Source: Eutreptiella sp. 'Long Island Sound 2002' (lineage: Eukaryota > Protista > Euglenida). Taken from it: DNA of 64,000 bases. This document shows, piece by piece, positions 48,201-60,200 of this stretch (position 1 is its first letter; each line of letters opens with the position of its first letter). Position numbers and translations under genes: made by a program. The DNA is taken from positions 196,106,001 through 196,170,000 of the forward strand of contig OZ038378.1 in assembly GCA_964036045.1 (NCBI GenBank), given 5' to 3'. The notes beneath the pieces are model-generated. The model made no database searches. It saw nothing but the letters and a program-made list of their open reading frames with translations, and was not told where the DNA came from.

Positions 48201-51200
48201 CACGATTCTGACCTGAAACCTCATCATGGCGCCTCACGGCGCCTTGCTGGACTGAATGAACAATGTGTGTGGGCGCCTGACGGCGCCTTGCTGAATGACC
48301 TACGCTGGAGGTATCCAAAATGGCTATGGGTGCGATATGCTTCACCTCCTCCGGTAGCAATGGCGCTTGTTGGGTGGTTCGTGTGATTTTTCTAGTTACT
48401 CTCTTTTTTTTTCTTTTCTGAAAAAAGTTTTTTTCCATATGCAACCTACAACCCCCCCCCCCCCAAAAAAAAGTGCACGCGACCTGTGCCTGAAAAAAAA
48501 AAGTGTTGGTTGAAATAAAAAACGCGACTCGACCAAAAAAAAAGGTGCATGCGACTTAACCCCCCCCCCCCCCCCAAAAAAGACGTGACTTACACTTTTG
48601 TCTGCAATCGACCTGCGCTTTCCTCCACCCCCCCTACCCCCGCCCCACCCGATGGACGCGCCCGATAGACACCAGCAACCTCAAGCGACAACAGCAGTAA
48701 ATGTGGAGAGGGGAGTACCATACCCCCCCCCAAAACCTGCGCACATGCACGGCCCCCGAATGCTGGTTGGGTCCCGTGCAGTACAACCGCTGTCCAATAT
48801 CGTGTCTTTTGTTGACCCCTGTTTCGGCAACTGGTGCGTGGCGTGCTTGTGCCTGGCGCTGCATAGCGATGTGTCACAAAAACCAGCGGTCGATCATGTA
48901 CGTTGTAGGTCGTGCAGTTGTTTGTGCTGTGTGCGAGTTCAAAGAAATTGCCGCGTATTTGTTTTTCTGCTGCAAATACGGGTGCAGCAAAACTGTATGG
49001 GCGAGTACTGCAGAACCGGGTATTCGCATTTACAGCAAAAAAAAATTGCACGACGTACGATGACATGTGCCCTGGGCGTGCCCGGTACGGTCCGCAATGT
49101 GGAGTGGTACCCTCAGCGCCCGACTAGCTCCAAGAGAAAGGCTAAGGGGGCAACGAGGTTTTTGAGTCTGCTGAAATCTCTTCCAAAATACGGACATTTT
49201 TCAGGTGTCACCCCACCCCCCAGGACAAGCTCCATGAATCTGATAACCCCATGTTGAAAATCTGGAAGGAATCAAATCAAAGATGTTGAAAATCTGGAAG
49301 GAATCAAATCAAAGATTTAAGGGCGTGGCTTGAAATGTGGATCCTCTATGGGCACCTTGACGGAAACGCTTCCTGGAAACAACCTTGTCTCCCTTGCAGA
49401 GACGCTTGCAAAGAAATTCTGTCATTCCAGTGCCCCCAAATGCCAGTTTTTGCATTTCTAAGCCCCCTTGAATGGGGTTTTTGTCATTCTGATGCGTCCA
49501 GATGACAGCTTTTCGCCTCCTGCCCCGCACGATCCCCCACCGGCGTCACAGGAGAGTCCACCGACACCCCAGAGGACGGCATGTGGAGCTGGTACGCGCT
49601 GCTGCAGGGCCTGTTCGCCTCCGTCTTTGCCCCGGGGGCCCTGCAGTCCGTCGGGCGCATCTTCGAGGACCAGTCCGCCCCGGAGCTGCCGGGCGCCACC
49701 CGGCGCCGCCTTCGCGACGCGCAGGAGGACCGCGGCGCGGCCCTCGACATCAGCCGGGCCACCGACAGCGCGGCGCCCCTTGCGTTGGCGCACACGGCGC
49801 GGGTCCAGCGCATGGTCGACCTGGAGGAGCTCGCCTTCCAGGCGGTGGTGGAGCTGGCCATGGCCCGGGAGCTCGGTACTGTGCGCTCCGGACCTGAGAC
49901 TCACCCCCTGCGTGGGGGCGTACCGTGCACTGTGCGCGCGCTGTGCGAAAAGTTGGCTGTTCTCCACCACCGGGAGTTCGGTAAGTTCAGAAGATTGAAA
50001 GGACGTCATTGAATGGCTGCTGCAGTGGACGGGGCTATAGGGGGCAAAATTTAGGTCCCTGGGACCCATGGCAAGCATCAGATGTTTGAATTTTTGAGTT
50101 TAGAATTGATTGTGCATGATTCCGCAGGTGGGTGGTTTTCAGGGTTGTTACCTGGATAATCACCGTAATAATTGGCGCTGTGCCCGCGCTGTGCGAAAAC
50201 GCCCCCCGTGGCACTGTGATGGCCCCCCGGGCGGGATGTGCGCCCCCCCCCCCCCCCCGGGACGCGGGTCTGCGGCGATGGTTTTTTTCTCACCTGAGGC
50301 AACCCGCCTGCGGTGGCGCAATGTGCCCTTCAACAAAGAGGCCACCCCCCCATCCCCCAACCTCCCCTACCCCCAGCCCCCGGACACAGAGCAGTGGGAC
50401 AGGGACAGTCCGGGGGGGGGGGGGCGTGGGCACGACCGACCAAGGGAAAGGAAGGGGTGGTAGGGAGGTACGGATAGGCCAGGCCAGGAGCGCTCAAGGA
50501 GGTCAGAGGCCGATGGGCGCCGCTACCTGCGGAGGGAGAGGGTTCAAGCAAAGGGCAGGGGTAAGTGGCGAGAGACCAATAGGCGCCGCCAGTATCAGAA
50601 AGCACTCAGCAATCCACTGCAGGCGTCATGCCACCCCCCCCCCCCCAAACCCGTGGCCAAGCACTCATGCCCCAACATGCAGCAGCTCAAATGGATCATT
50701 GCACGGCATCTGTGTTGCCCCCCCCCCCCCTTCCCCGGGATCACGGCCAGCCCTCATCAGCCCCCCGCCCCCCCCAAGAAAGTGGTGCAGGCACCCCCGC
50801 AAAATGACACAGATCATACAATCAGCTAAACACGTGGGACACAAGCAAAAATAGCACGAGACAAGGGGTATTCATCGACGTCAGGAACCTCAAAGTGACA
50901 AATAAGACGCAGTTGGTAGCAGACATGCCACCCGTGTCCGGCAGGGGAACTGAGCTTCGCGCAGAATCAGCCCAGTACCAGTGTGCCACTCAGTAAGATC
51001 CGCTCTTGGCACATCTGACACTCAGTAGGAACCGGCCGGGGCCGTTTCTGACTCGGTAGGATCCGGCTCCTTCTGATCACGTCTGACGTGCTGGACGCTA
51101 GTGGCAAGCCTGGCTGGTAGCCATTTCAAACAAGATATTCCTCTCCTCAGGCAATCTTCAACAACCCCCAGCGCTATCCAGCCAATCTTCAGGAACCCTC

Positions 51201-54200
51201 GCAACCCTCAAGCAACTTCCACTGATCTGTGGACGTCCTTCAGTAGTGTAACGTCAGGCGACTTCCAGGCAACTTCCAAGCAACCTCCAGGCAGCCTTCA
51301 TCCAGCAACCTCCGCGCCCTCCACCAACATTCAGGATATGTTCAGAAATCTTCAGGCCCATTTCGGGCAACCCCACAGAAGTCCAAGTCAAACAAGCGTG
51401 TGAGGCACCGCCGCGGCCGAGGGGCCCTGCATGATGTCTGACTGAGGAGTCCTGGGCTGCAGCCGCCACTGCTTCCCCATCCGGGGTGCATGCTTGGAGG
51501 GTGAGTGGAGGACGGCAACAACGCCGGTCTGCCCCCGGGTGCGTCCTTTAGCACACCACTCCCCAACCAGACCCAACTCCGAGATGAAGATAACGGGAGA
51601 TCAACTTGGGACCTGCGAGACAGTGCAGCTCCCCTGGCCTGGTGACCTAGAGACAAGGCTCCATCGTGCATTGGACCATACCAGTGGGAAATGGGGGCAT
51701 ACGGGTGGGACATGACCCGGCCTTTGTGGGATAATAGCCTCAGAAGTTGTGTGAGCAAAGGAAGCGGTGTGACTGGGAATGTCAAAATGCTGACGGGAGA
51801 CCAAAGGCCCAAGAGGTCAGACAGAAAAAAGAGGTGCGCAGTAATCGACAGTATTTGGTCAGTAACCAACAGTATGTGGTCAGTAACCCACAACATGTGG
51901 TCAGGAAACGACAGTATGTGGTCAGCAACCGACTGCATTTGGTCAGTAACGGACAGTATGTGGTCAAGGAGGTGGAAAATTGGCTTGTGCGGCCGTGGGG
52001 TCGTTCGATTTCCCAAGAGGGGGGAGGAGGTCTGGGAAAGGGGCTCTTGTGGCGGGCCAGTCCAAAGACGCTAGTCTAAAAATGCCCTTTCATGCTCTAC
52101 TGAAAGGGTTGTTTTGCTATGACGCACAATGTGCACCCCTGTGTTGTATCTTATTGCAGTGAATTTTATTTTTGTTTTTTTTTGCGAACTGTGTGGTCAG
52201 ATGCCAGAGTCTAAGACACCGGTACTAGATAAGAAGAGGCCAGTGGATGAGGTGGACATTGAAATAGTCAAGTTACGGGCATTTGCCGAGACTGGATTTC
52301 AGCATTGGATCAAGAGGGTCCAAGGGGAATGTCTCGCAAAAAGAGCCTCAGCCTTGACGATGGAGTGGCAGAAGGAGGGTAAGAATGTTCTAGAGATGTT
52401 AGCAGGAATGGCTACACTCTTGCAAGTAGGACTGCAACCAGAACACATGCTTGACCTAGTGGTGGCCTGGGAGGACGTAGCTTCAGTAAAGTATGATTGC
52501 GCGGCTATGAAATTCAGACCAACTGGTACCCAGATGGGAGGCGGCGCCCCGACAGGGGCTCCGCACGTAGTCGACTTTCTCCACCAGGAAAACGCTGATC
52601 TGAGACGCAAACTGGATGCACAATCAGCCGCTAAGTCAAAATCAAAGTCCGCCAAGACAAACTACCCCAAAGGGGTCCTCACTACCGACTTGATCGGGGA
52701 GTTCTTGCAGGAGCCGGCGATCCCGGAATGGATGGACGACCTCTGTAAGCTGCCGACCAAGGCCCTAGACGAGGAGCTCCCGGAGGATCCATCTGTGCCT
52801 GCGCAGGACCTTTGGAAACTGCTTATTAACAAGTACAACGAATATGACAAGAGGTATCACAAAGGTCGTGGTCCGAGACGTCGCAGGTCATCTTCCAGAC
52901 CCAAAAGTCAGCAACATAGGTCCTCCTCCTCGTCCCACAAAGGGAAAAAGTCCCGCAGATCTAGGAGGTCACGGAGCAGTTCTACCGAGAGTTCGTCTGG
53001 AAGTGGCTCTGACTCTGGAGAGGAAACATATTACCGAGGGAAGTTCAAGTTCACTGTGAGGGACGGCGTCGAGTTCTTGATTGCTAACAATGGCCGGGAG
53101 TGGCGTACTGACAAGCGGCCCCCGGGGGACTGCATTAAGTGTGGAGGACGCCACTAGGAATGGCTATGTGGCAAAGGCAAGTCGAAAAAATGACTAGGTG
53201 TAATGGGGGCGTCACAGGGGTCATCCTTATCGCAGGGATGTAGCCCAGGATCGACTGAGCTGTCCCAATGGTTCAATCAGTTCGTGGCGGCGCGTGAAGA
53301 CTCAGGGTCAGTCACATGGTGGTCTGTTTTCCTGCAGTCATGGGCCTCCTCGATATTGGACGTCTATGAGAGACACTTGCGGAACATCAGGCAGCGGTCG
53401 TTGCTCACCCCTGCACACTCTTCCACATAGATCCTCCAAGATTACCTCCTGGAGTTATTCAGGACTCATCTCACCTCGTCGGACATGCGGCAAGCCATCT
53501 CTGCCTGCCGAATGCTTGAAGAGATGGGAATCGCCAATACCTTTGTTCCCAGGGCCGTTTAGAGAGCTGTTCGCGCCAAGGACTGCTGTAGCAAGTTCAA
53601 GGCGAGGGGATGGGGGTCGCTGGCAACCATTTGGACCATGGCGCAAGCAGCCGAATCGGACGAGAACCTTCTAGTCTGCACGTCAGCAATCTTAGCGACA
53701 GCGTTCTGTCTACGAATCAGTGAGTCCGCGTCAATCCGGGTGCAAGACTTGGATCCAACCGCAGCGACAGTATCTTACTTCGATAGGAAGACCCGTAGGT
53801 GCTGGATTACTCGACCGGCCAGTACCTATATCGTCCGACTCATGGGTTTCGCGAGGGCGGCAGCTCTCAGACTGGGACGTAGGCCCTTCCAGCCCTTGGT
53901 CAAAGGGGGCGCAAGAGTACTCGAAGCATCACTGGTCAGACTACTTGGGGAAGGCCAGTACGACCACTTGCGATGGCACTGTTGGCGGAGACTTGGGGCA
54001 ACGTTACTTATCCGACATGGGGCGACCGTTCAGGAGTTGCTTGCATGGGGGAGATGGCGCACAATCAAGTCGGCCCACAGATATGTGGCTACCTGGGAAG
54101 ATGGCCCCCGGGGTGATGAGCATCTACCCCGACCAGCTCCGGTGGAGGGGAAGATCGGACAGTGGCAATTTATCCAAGGAACTACACGCACACCCAGGTC

Positions 54201-57200
54201 ATTGTGGCCCATGTCTCTCGCAGCGGGGCGCCAACTCGATGGTTGGAGATCAGATGGTTGAGATGTCGATGACGGGGCCCATGTGGAAACCTTGGGTGCC
54301 ATTGACCCACCGTATGGGGCCGAGGGAGAAGCGAGCGCAAAGCGGACGCGGGCCGAACCTACGCCGTCGGAACCGGAACTGGGAACCAAAAAGGATGGAC
54401 CTAGGGTGCCTCCAACCGTGGGACCGATCACATCACCGTCCAAAAGGAACCCTAAGAAGGCCGAGTATCCCGTGGGGCTGGACATGTCGACGTCGCCAGC
54501 AAGATCGATGGCCTGGCGGGCCGCAAAATTGACGGCTATGGGATGAATCCACCTCCCCAGAGGCACCTCCTGATGTCAGTTTTGCTAGGGTTAAGCCCAT
54601 TAAGGGACACCATTTCCGTGCATACCGGTCTAGGCTGTGGTGTCTGGCCCAGAAAGTACCCAGACCCCCCACCACCCCTTTTACTAAATTGTGGAAACCC
54701 CTGTTTTTCATGTTGCGTGTGTTGTGTAACGTGATGGTGAAGCACCGTGATGCTCCGGACCCCACCGTGGAGAGATTTTTCAATGTTGTGGCGGTCATGA
54801 GTGCAGATGATATTTACTCAGTCCAGATTGTTACTTCCCCTACCAGCCCCAAACCACGCCCGGATGCTGGGGGTAGACCCCCCCCCCCCCTGTTGTATCC
54901 GTGGAACTGGCTGCCAGGGGTTTAGGGTCGGCAGGATGTGAGGAGATTCCGCCGCGGACGTGGGATAACATAGTTGAGGATTCATCCCTGCGTGCTATGG
55001 CAGGTGTGCAGTTACCTAAGACAGAGGTTACCCCTGTGGTTGCAGCGATGACGCAGACGCTGCATGAACATGGCCACTTGGTCCGCATCGAAAAGGGGAT
55101 GCCTGGTTGGGGTTCCAAGCCCAGTGCGCCTATGTTTGTCATACCTAAATCGGATGTTAAGTGTTCTTTCATTATGAATTGTAAGGAGGGCAACAGAAGG
55201 GATCCTAACCCCCAGCCATCTATGCGTCTTCCTAATATGTGGTCCCTCCGTCGGAGATTAATTTTTTGGAAGGGATCGAGGCGAGTCCAGAATCTAGACA
55301 TTTTTGCATGTACCTTCGACCTGAGCAATTGTTTCACTTCTTTGCGTTTACCGCCCCAGGCATGGGGTACCTTTCGGGTCCAGGGGGAGGGGACATGTCA
55401 GGGACTGCTTAGCTGCGGTAGTTCGAAGACTTGAGGACTCATGTTTTCTTTTTGTGCCTCATACATCAAGGATGCAAGGACCCGTACCTGCCTAAAATCG
55501 TGGCTTCTGAATGATGCGTACGCTTTTCCTTCACGGCTTACGACCCGCGTTCCCTGCCATTTGGTTGGAAGTTGTCCCCCCCCATTTGCCAGTCTGTGGT
55601 TGGTACACATGTGCGGCAGGCTTTTGACATCCTGACTTCCGGTATGGGTGCTCCCGACATTGTAGAGTATGACCACTATCTTGATGATGTGCTGGTGGTT
55701 CGAGAGGGTCCGCCACAGTGGCTCCGTGACTGCATGACTTGGTTAGCTAAGTTCATGCAAGCTGAGGGTTATCTCATCTCGTCTAAGAGTGTTCTGGAGC
55801 CGGGGAAAGTAGTGAAATGGCTGGGAAAGGAAGTGGACCTGGTGAGTTTCAGTATTGCAAATCTGCTTGGGTTGCAGGTCAAGATTATTGCTTATTTGAT
55901 CAAAATTTTTGACAGCCGAGTCTCTGTTAAAGACTTGCAGAGGGTAATGGGTTTGATTAATTGGATGGCCAGCCCTGCTATAGGACACCTCCCCTTCCTG
56001 GGGGGGTATATTGTGCGGTGGTTGGGTCACACTCTGGTTGGTTACATGTGACCCCAGGTATGTGGATTGCGTTGGTGTCTGCAATGTTTGTCGCCACGCC
56101 CCCTTTCCGAGTGCCAGACTGTTACGTTCGTGACTGGTTATTTGTGAAATGGATTTCGGTTGATGCCGCTGAGTTCATGTCTAGGTCAGGCGCCAAACTG
56201 TATCGGATTGGGATATTTGACCCAGGAGGGGGTGCGCGGGCCCTCGTCTGTCCTAAGTGGGTTGATAACCAGCAGGTGGCAGAACTGTACGGGGTCTGGA
56301 TGATGCTTAAAGTCGCCGTGCGCAGGAAGCTCCCCCACGTGCTCATGCTCCAGGATAATGTGGCGGCCATTTGGGCAACAGTGAACTTGCGAGTGCGGGC
56401 GCCTTTGCGGAAGCAAAACCGTATTTTGAGGGCAATTGTTATGCTTCTCCGTCGCTCTAGTGTTATCCTCCACTCAGCTTATGTGCCTTCTGCTTACCAG
56501 CCAGCAGACCCTGTTTCCCGTCTGCCCTACTTTTCTAAAAGATGTCTTGAACTGGCTGCGTACCAGGCCCAGCACCGCCGGGATATATTGGTCAATAATC
56601 TGCATTATATTGAGTATAAAGGTGCTAGTTTTTTGTTGGTGTGAGATGTATTCTTGTTTTTTACAGGTCATTATACCTATGCTAGACTGCCCCAGGGCCC
56701 ATAGTGCTGATGACCAGAGAACTGAGGGGGAAGAGCACTAATGTAGTTTGCTATTGCATTGAGTTCCAGCTTTTGGTGCTATGTCTGTGCAAAAATGCCC
56801 TTTCATGTGCAAAAATGCCCTTTCATGCTCTGCTGAAAGGGTTGTTTTGCTATGACGCACAGCTTGCACCCCTGTGTTGTATCTTATTGCAGTGAATTTT
56901 ATTTTTGTTTTTTGGCAAACTCTGTGGTCAGCCCGCCCACCCACCCAGTTCGCTGAGGCTACGCACTGGCTGTGTTTCAACAACATCACGCTGATCAGCA
57001 CTGATGTAGTTTGCTATTGCATTGAGTTCCAGCTTTTGGTGCTATGTCTGTGCAAAACCTCTAATGATGACTCACCCCCTGCGCCACAAAGCGGCCCGGA
57101 ACAATTTTTTCCAAAAGAATTTTCCTCCATGATACATACCTCAAAATGATCAGCGCACTGTGGGGATCTTTTTGAGTCATATATGTTGGGGTACCTCAGG

Positions 57201-60200
57201 GGTACCTCAGGAACCCCCGCCCCCCCCCAACCCCCCCGTCGGCCCGTCGGGGGTCCCCGTCACAGGACCCCAGAAGGGATTGTGTGCTGAACTCTTGGAA
57301 CATTGGCTGGAACCGCCTGGGCGGGGGCATCCAGTATCTGTTACCGACCATGATTGAGCCTCACAGCCGCCCCGCAATCTCTGACAGCTTCGAATCAAGC
57401 TCTCGCAAGCTCACGTCACTCTATCGCAACCTAGAAACATCCTTAAAACATTCGGCGACATACCACCATGCTACCAACCACCAACCTCCTGCAACCTCAT
57501 CAACCTCCTGCATCCCTGCACCTCATCAACCTATCAACACTGTAACCTCCCGCAACCTCTGAATCAAACTGAGCCAGCCGCAACCTGCCATAACCTCCTA
57601 CAACCAATACCCTCCATGTAACACCTCATCTCAAACCTCAGGCATGTTATACAACTTGTGTCCCGTGCAACGTCTGTTCATTCCGCATGAAGAGGATGGG
57701 AGGGGTCCAGGAAATGGGCTCGAACGACCCCCCCCCCCCCCCACCCCCCGCGCAAGTCAATTTCCCCCCACACTCAGCAACTGACAGTATTTGGTAAGCT
57801 ACCAACAGTATTTGGTCAGTAAGCGACAGTGTGTGGTCAGTACCCGACAGCTCGTGCTCAATAACCGACAGTATTTGGTCAGTAAGGGGACCTACCCGGG
57901 GTGGAGGGCATACATGTGCGTTGTGTCTTTCTGATGTTCTTTGGCATGTGTTCGTGGGTTGAGCTGGGGGGTTTCCAGCCTGCCAGTGCCCGGGATCACC
58001 CCCTCCGAGGTGCCCCTTCCCCGACCAGGGCCAGGGCCCTGCTGCAACCCCCGTCTTTGCCCCGCCAGCCGTGGACCCCCCACATCCTCTGTTCTGCCGC
58101 GCAGGTGCCGCGGGAGTCGACGCGGCCTGGGACGACGTGGTGGCCACCCCACCACCCGAGAGCTACACTGCCCAAGGCCTGAGGCAGCAGGGCTGGAAGG
58201 CCGCACACACCCTCGCGGCCGTCGCCCGCGCGGTCCCCGACGCCGCGGACGTGTCTGCAGAGGCCGCCTCGACACCGGGCGCCTCCTTCTCCGGCCGGAG
58301 TTCGTTGTCCAATGCGGCCGCCGGGTCCGACGCGGCCCCGGCCGCGAACGGCGCCGCGGAAGACAAGGCGGATGCCGCGGGGGCCTCCCTCTCCGCCGAT
58401 GCTGCTGGTGCCGGTGAGGCCGTGGGGCCGCCGGAGGGGGCCGCCCCCGGCAGCCCCGAGAAAGCCGCCCCCGGCAGCCCCGAGAAGGTCGCCCCCGGTA
58501 GCCCCGAGAAGGTCGCCCCCGGCAGCCCCGAGAAAGCCGCCCCCGGCAGCCCCGAGAAGGTCGCCCCCGGTAGCCCCGAGAAGGTCGCCCCCGGCAGCCC
58601 CGAGAAAGCCGCCCCCGGCAGCCCCGAGAAGGTCGCCCCCGGTAGCCCCGAGAAGGTCGCCCCCGGCAGCCCCGAGAAGGTCGCCCCCGGCAGCCCCGAG
58701 AAGGGGCCGCGGGTGTGGGCGCGGTTCCTTGTGGACACGTGCCCCATGTTCCTGGTGCTGGACATGCAGCACCTGCTGGGGCTCGGGGACGACTCGCTGG
58801 TGCCGGCCACGCTGGCCTGCGTCATGGGGCTGGTGCGGCAGCAGATGCTGCTGGCCCATGGGGGCGTCGACGTGCTGCGCTTCTACCCGCAGGTTGAGCC
58901 CCAGGGCAAGGGCCAAGCCGTTGGCGCGCAGGAGCAGAGGAAGGACCGGTGCTGGTGCTGGTCGTTGTTCTGAGCGGGTGGGGCCCTGCTACGCCTGTAT
59001 CTCAAGGGAACCCAGGCAGCCGCCAGAACGTACTGCCGGTTACGGGCTGGCCGCTGTCGGTTACAGACCAAATACTGTCGGTTACTGCGCACCTCTTTTT
59101 TTCTGCCCGACCTCATGGGCCATTGGTCTCCCGTCGGCATTTTGACAGTCCCTCTTCCCCCCAGTCGACCCCCTCACTCCCACACGCAGATCTCCAACCA
59201 CGACGCAGCAGAGGTAAGCCCGTCGAAGAGTGCCCCCCCCCCCCGGCCGCTGGTCCTCCAATGTAAAGCGTACTCCCTGGGTGTTGACTGCAGCCATGCG
59301 AATGACTGCATGTAAAGCCGGGGGTGCGGACGCCTGGGGGGGCCAGTGTTGCCGCAGTGGTGAGCAGTGGATGGGCCGAGCAATACACTACGATCCCAAC
59401 TTTTCACTCATCCCCCCCCCCCCCTTTCCTCCGACCCCAGAACTGACCTCGATCAGCAACAGCATCTGATGCAGGAGGCATGGCACCGGACACCGGGTGC
59501 ACTCCACAGTGGCTTACAGCCTTCACGGAACGGGCCCCTAAGGGCATGCCCTGAGGGCAAGAATCGCAGGCGACCGCCAGCACGTGTTGTCGGTTACAGA
59601 CGCACTGTCGGTTACTGACCGAGTAGTGTCGGTTACTGATCAGAAGCTGTCGTTACTGCCCAAATGCTGTCGGTTACTGCGCGCCCGGTTTTTGCTCTGT
59701 CCGACCGCTTTCGTGCCGAATCGTCAACCCCCCCCATCCCCCCGTCACTCAGCACACACGGGACGGCAGCTTTCAGACCCCCACCGCCCGCGTGAAGCGG
59801 CCCAATTCGAAGCGATTTGGGAAGGCGCAGAAATTTCCCCCGCCGCGCCCCCGACGGGTGGTCCGATGCCGCGTCCCGGGCCCTTGTGCCCCTCGCACCG
59901 GAGCTCTCTACCCCCGCGATGGCCCACGATTGGGGGTGTGCACGGCGGTCGTGGTGCGTTGCCGTGGCCAGTGCCGGGCCCTGCATGGGTCTGTGGCCCC
60001 CGCCGGGGCCCCACTCCGCACGACGTGCTGGTTGAGCCGTGCTTCGGCAAGTGACTCCTCACCGATGTATGTGTTGGTCGGTGGAGCCGCAACCGACTAT
60101 CCCCCCCTCCCCCCCCCGCCCCCCCCCCCCCCCCCGGCTGACACCCCCCCGCCCTGAGTGTTGGTGCCCCGGGGGGCCTCCGAGAAAACGAGAGTACGGC

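Larger units (their letters stand above)
52078..57057 (+). mobile_element. Full-length decayed tyrosine-recombinase retrotransposon (gag-YR-RT-RH; split direct repeats A1...B1-A2-B2; VIPER/TATE-like order)
   Basis: A1 52078-52200 matches A2 56811-56931; B1 56734-56794 matches B2 56997-57057 (60 of 61); three ORFs with diagnostic motifs; no TSD. Confidence 0.92.

Noticed and set aside
49251-49314. Perfect 32-bp tandem duplication (also a 30-bp one at 12607-12666)
   Set aside because: Ordinary local slippage duplications in introns with no further structure
51839-51965. CRISPR-like appearance of the 21-bp arrays (also 30796-30879)
   Set aside because: Units are head-to-tail with no unique spacers, there are no cas genes, and the context is eukaryotic
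53155-54261. Stop-codon reassignment (TAG read as Trp or Gln) to explain in-frame stops
   Set aside because: The same element also has frameshifts and the host exons contain no in-frame stops; decay is the simpler explanation
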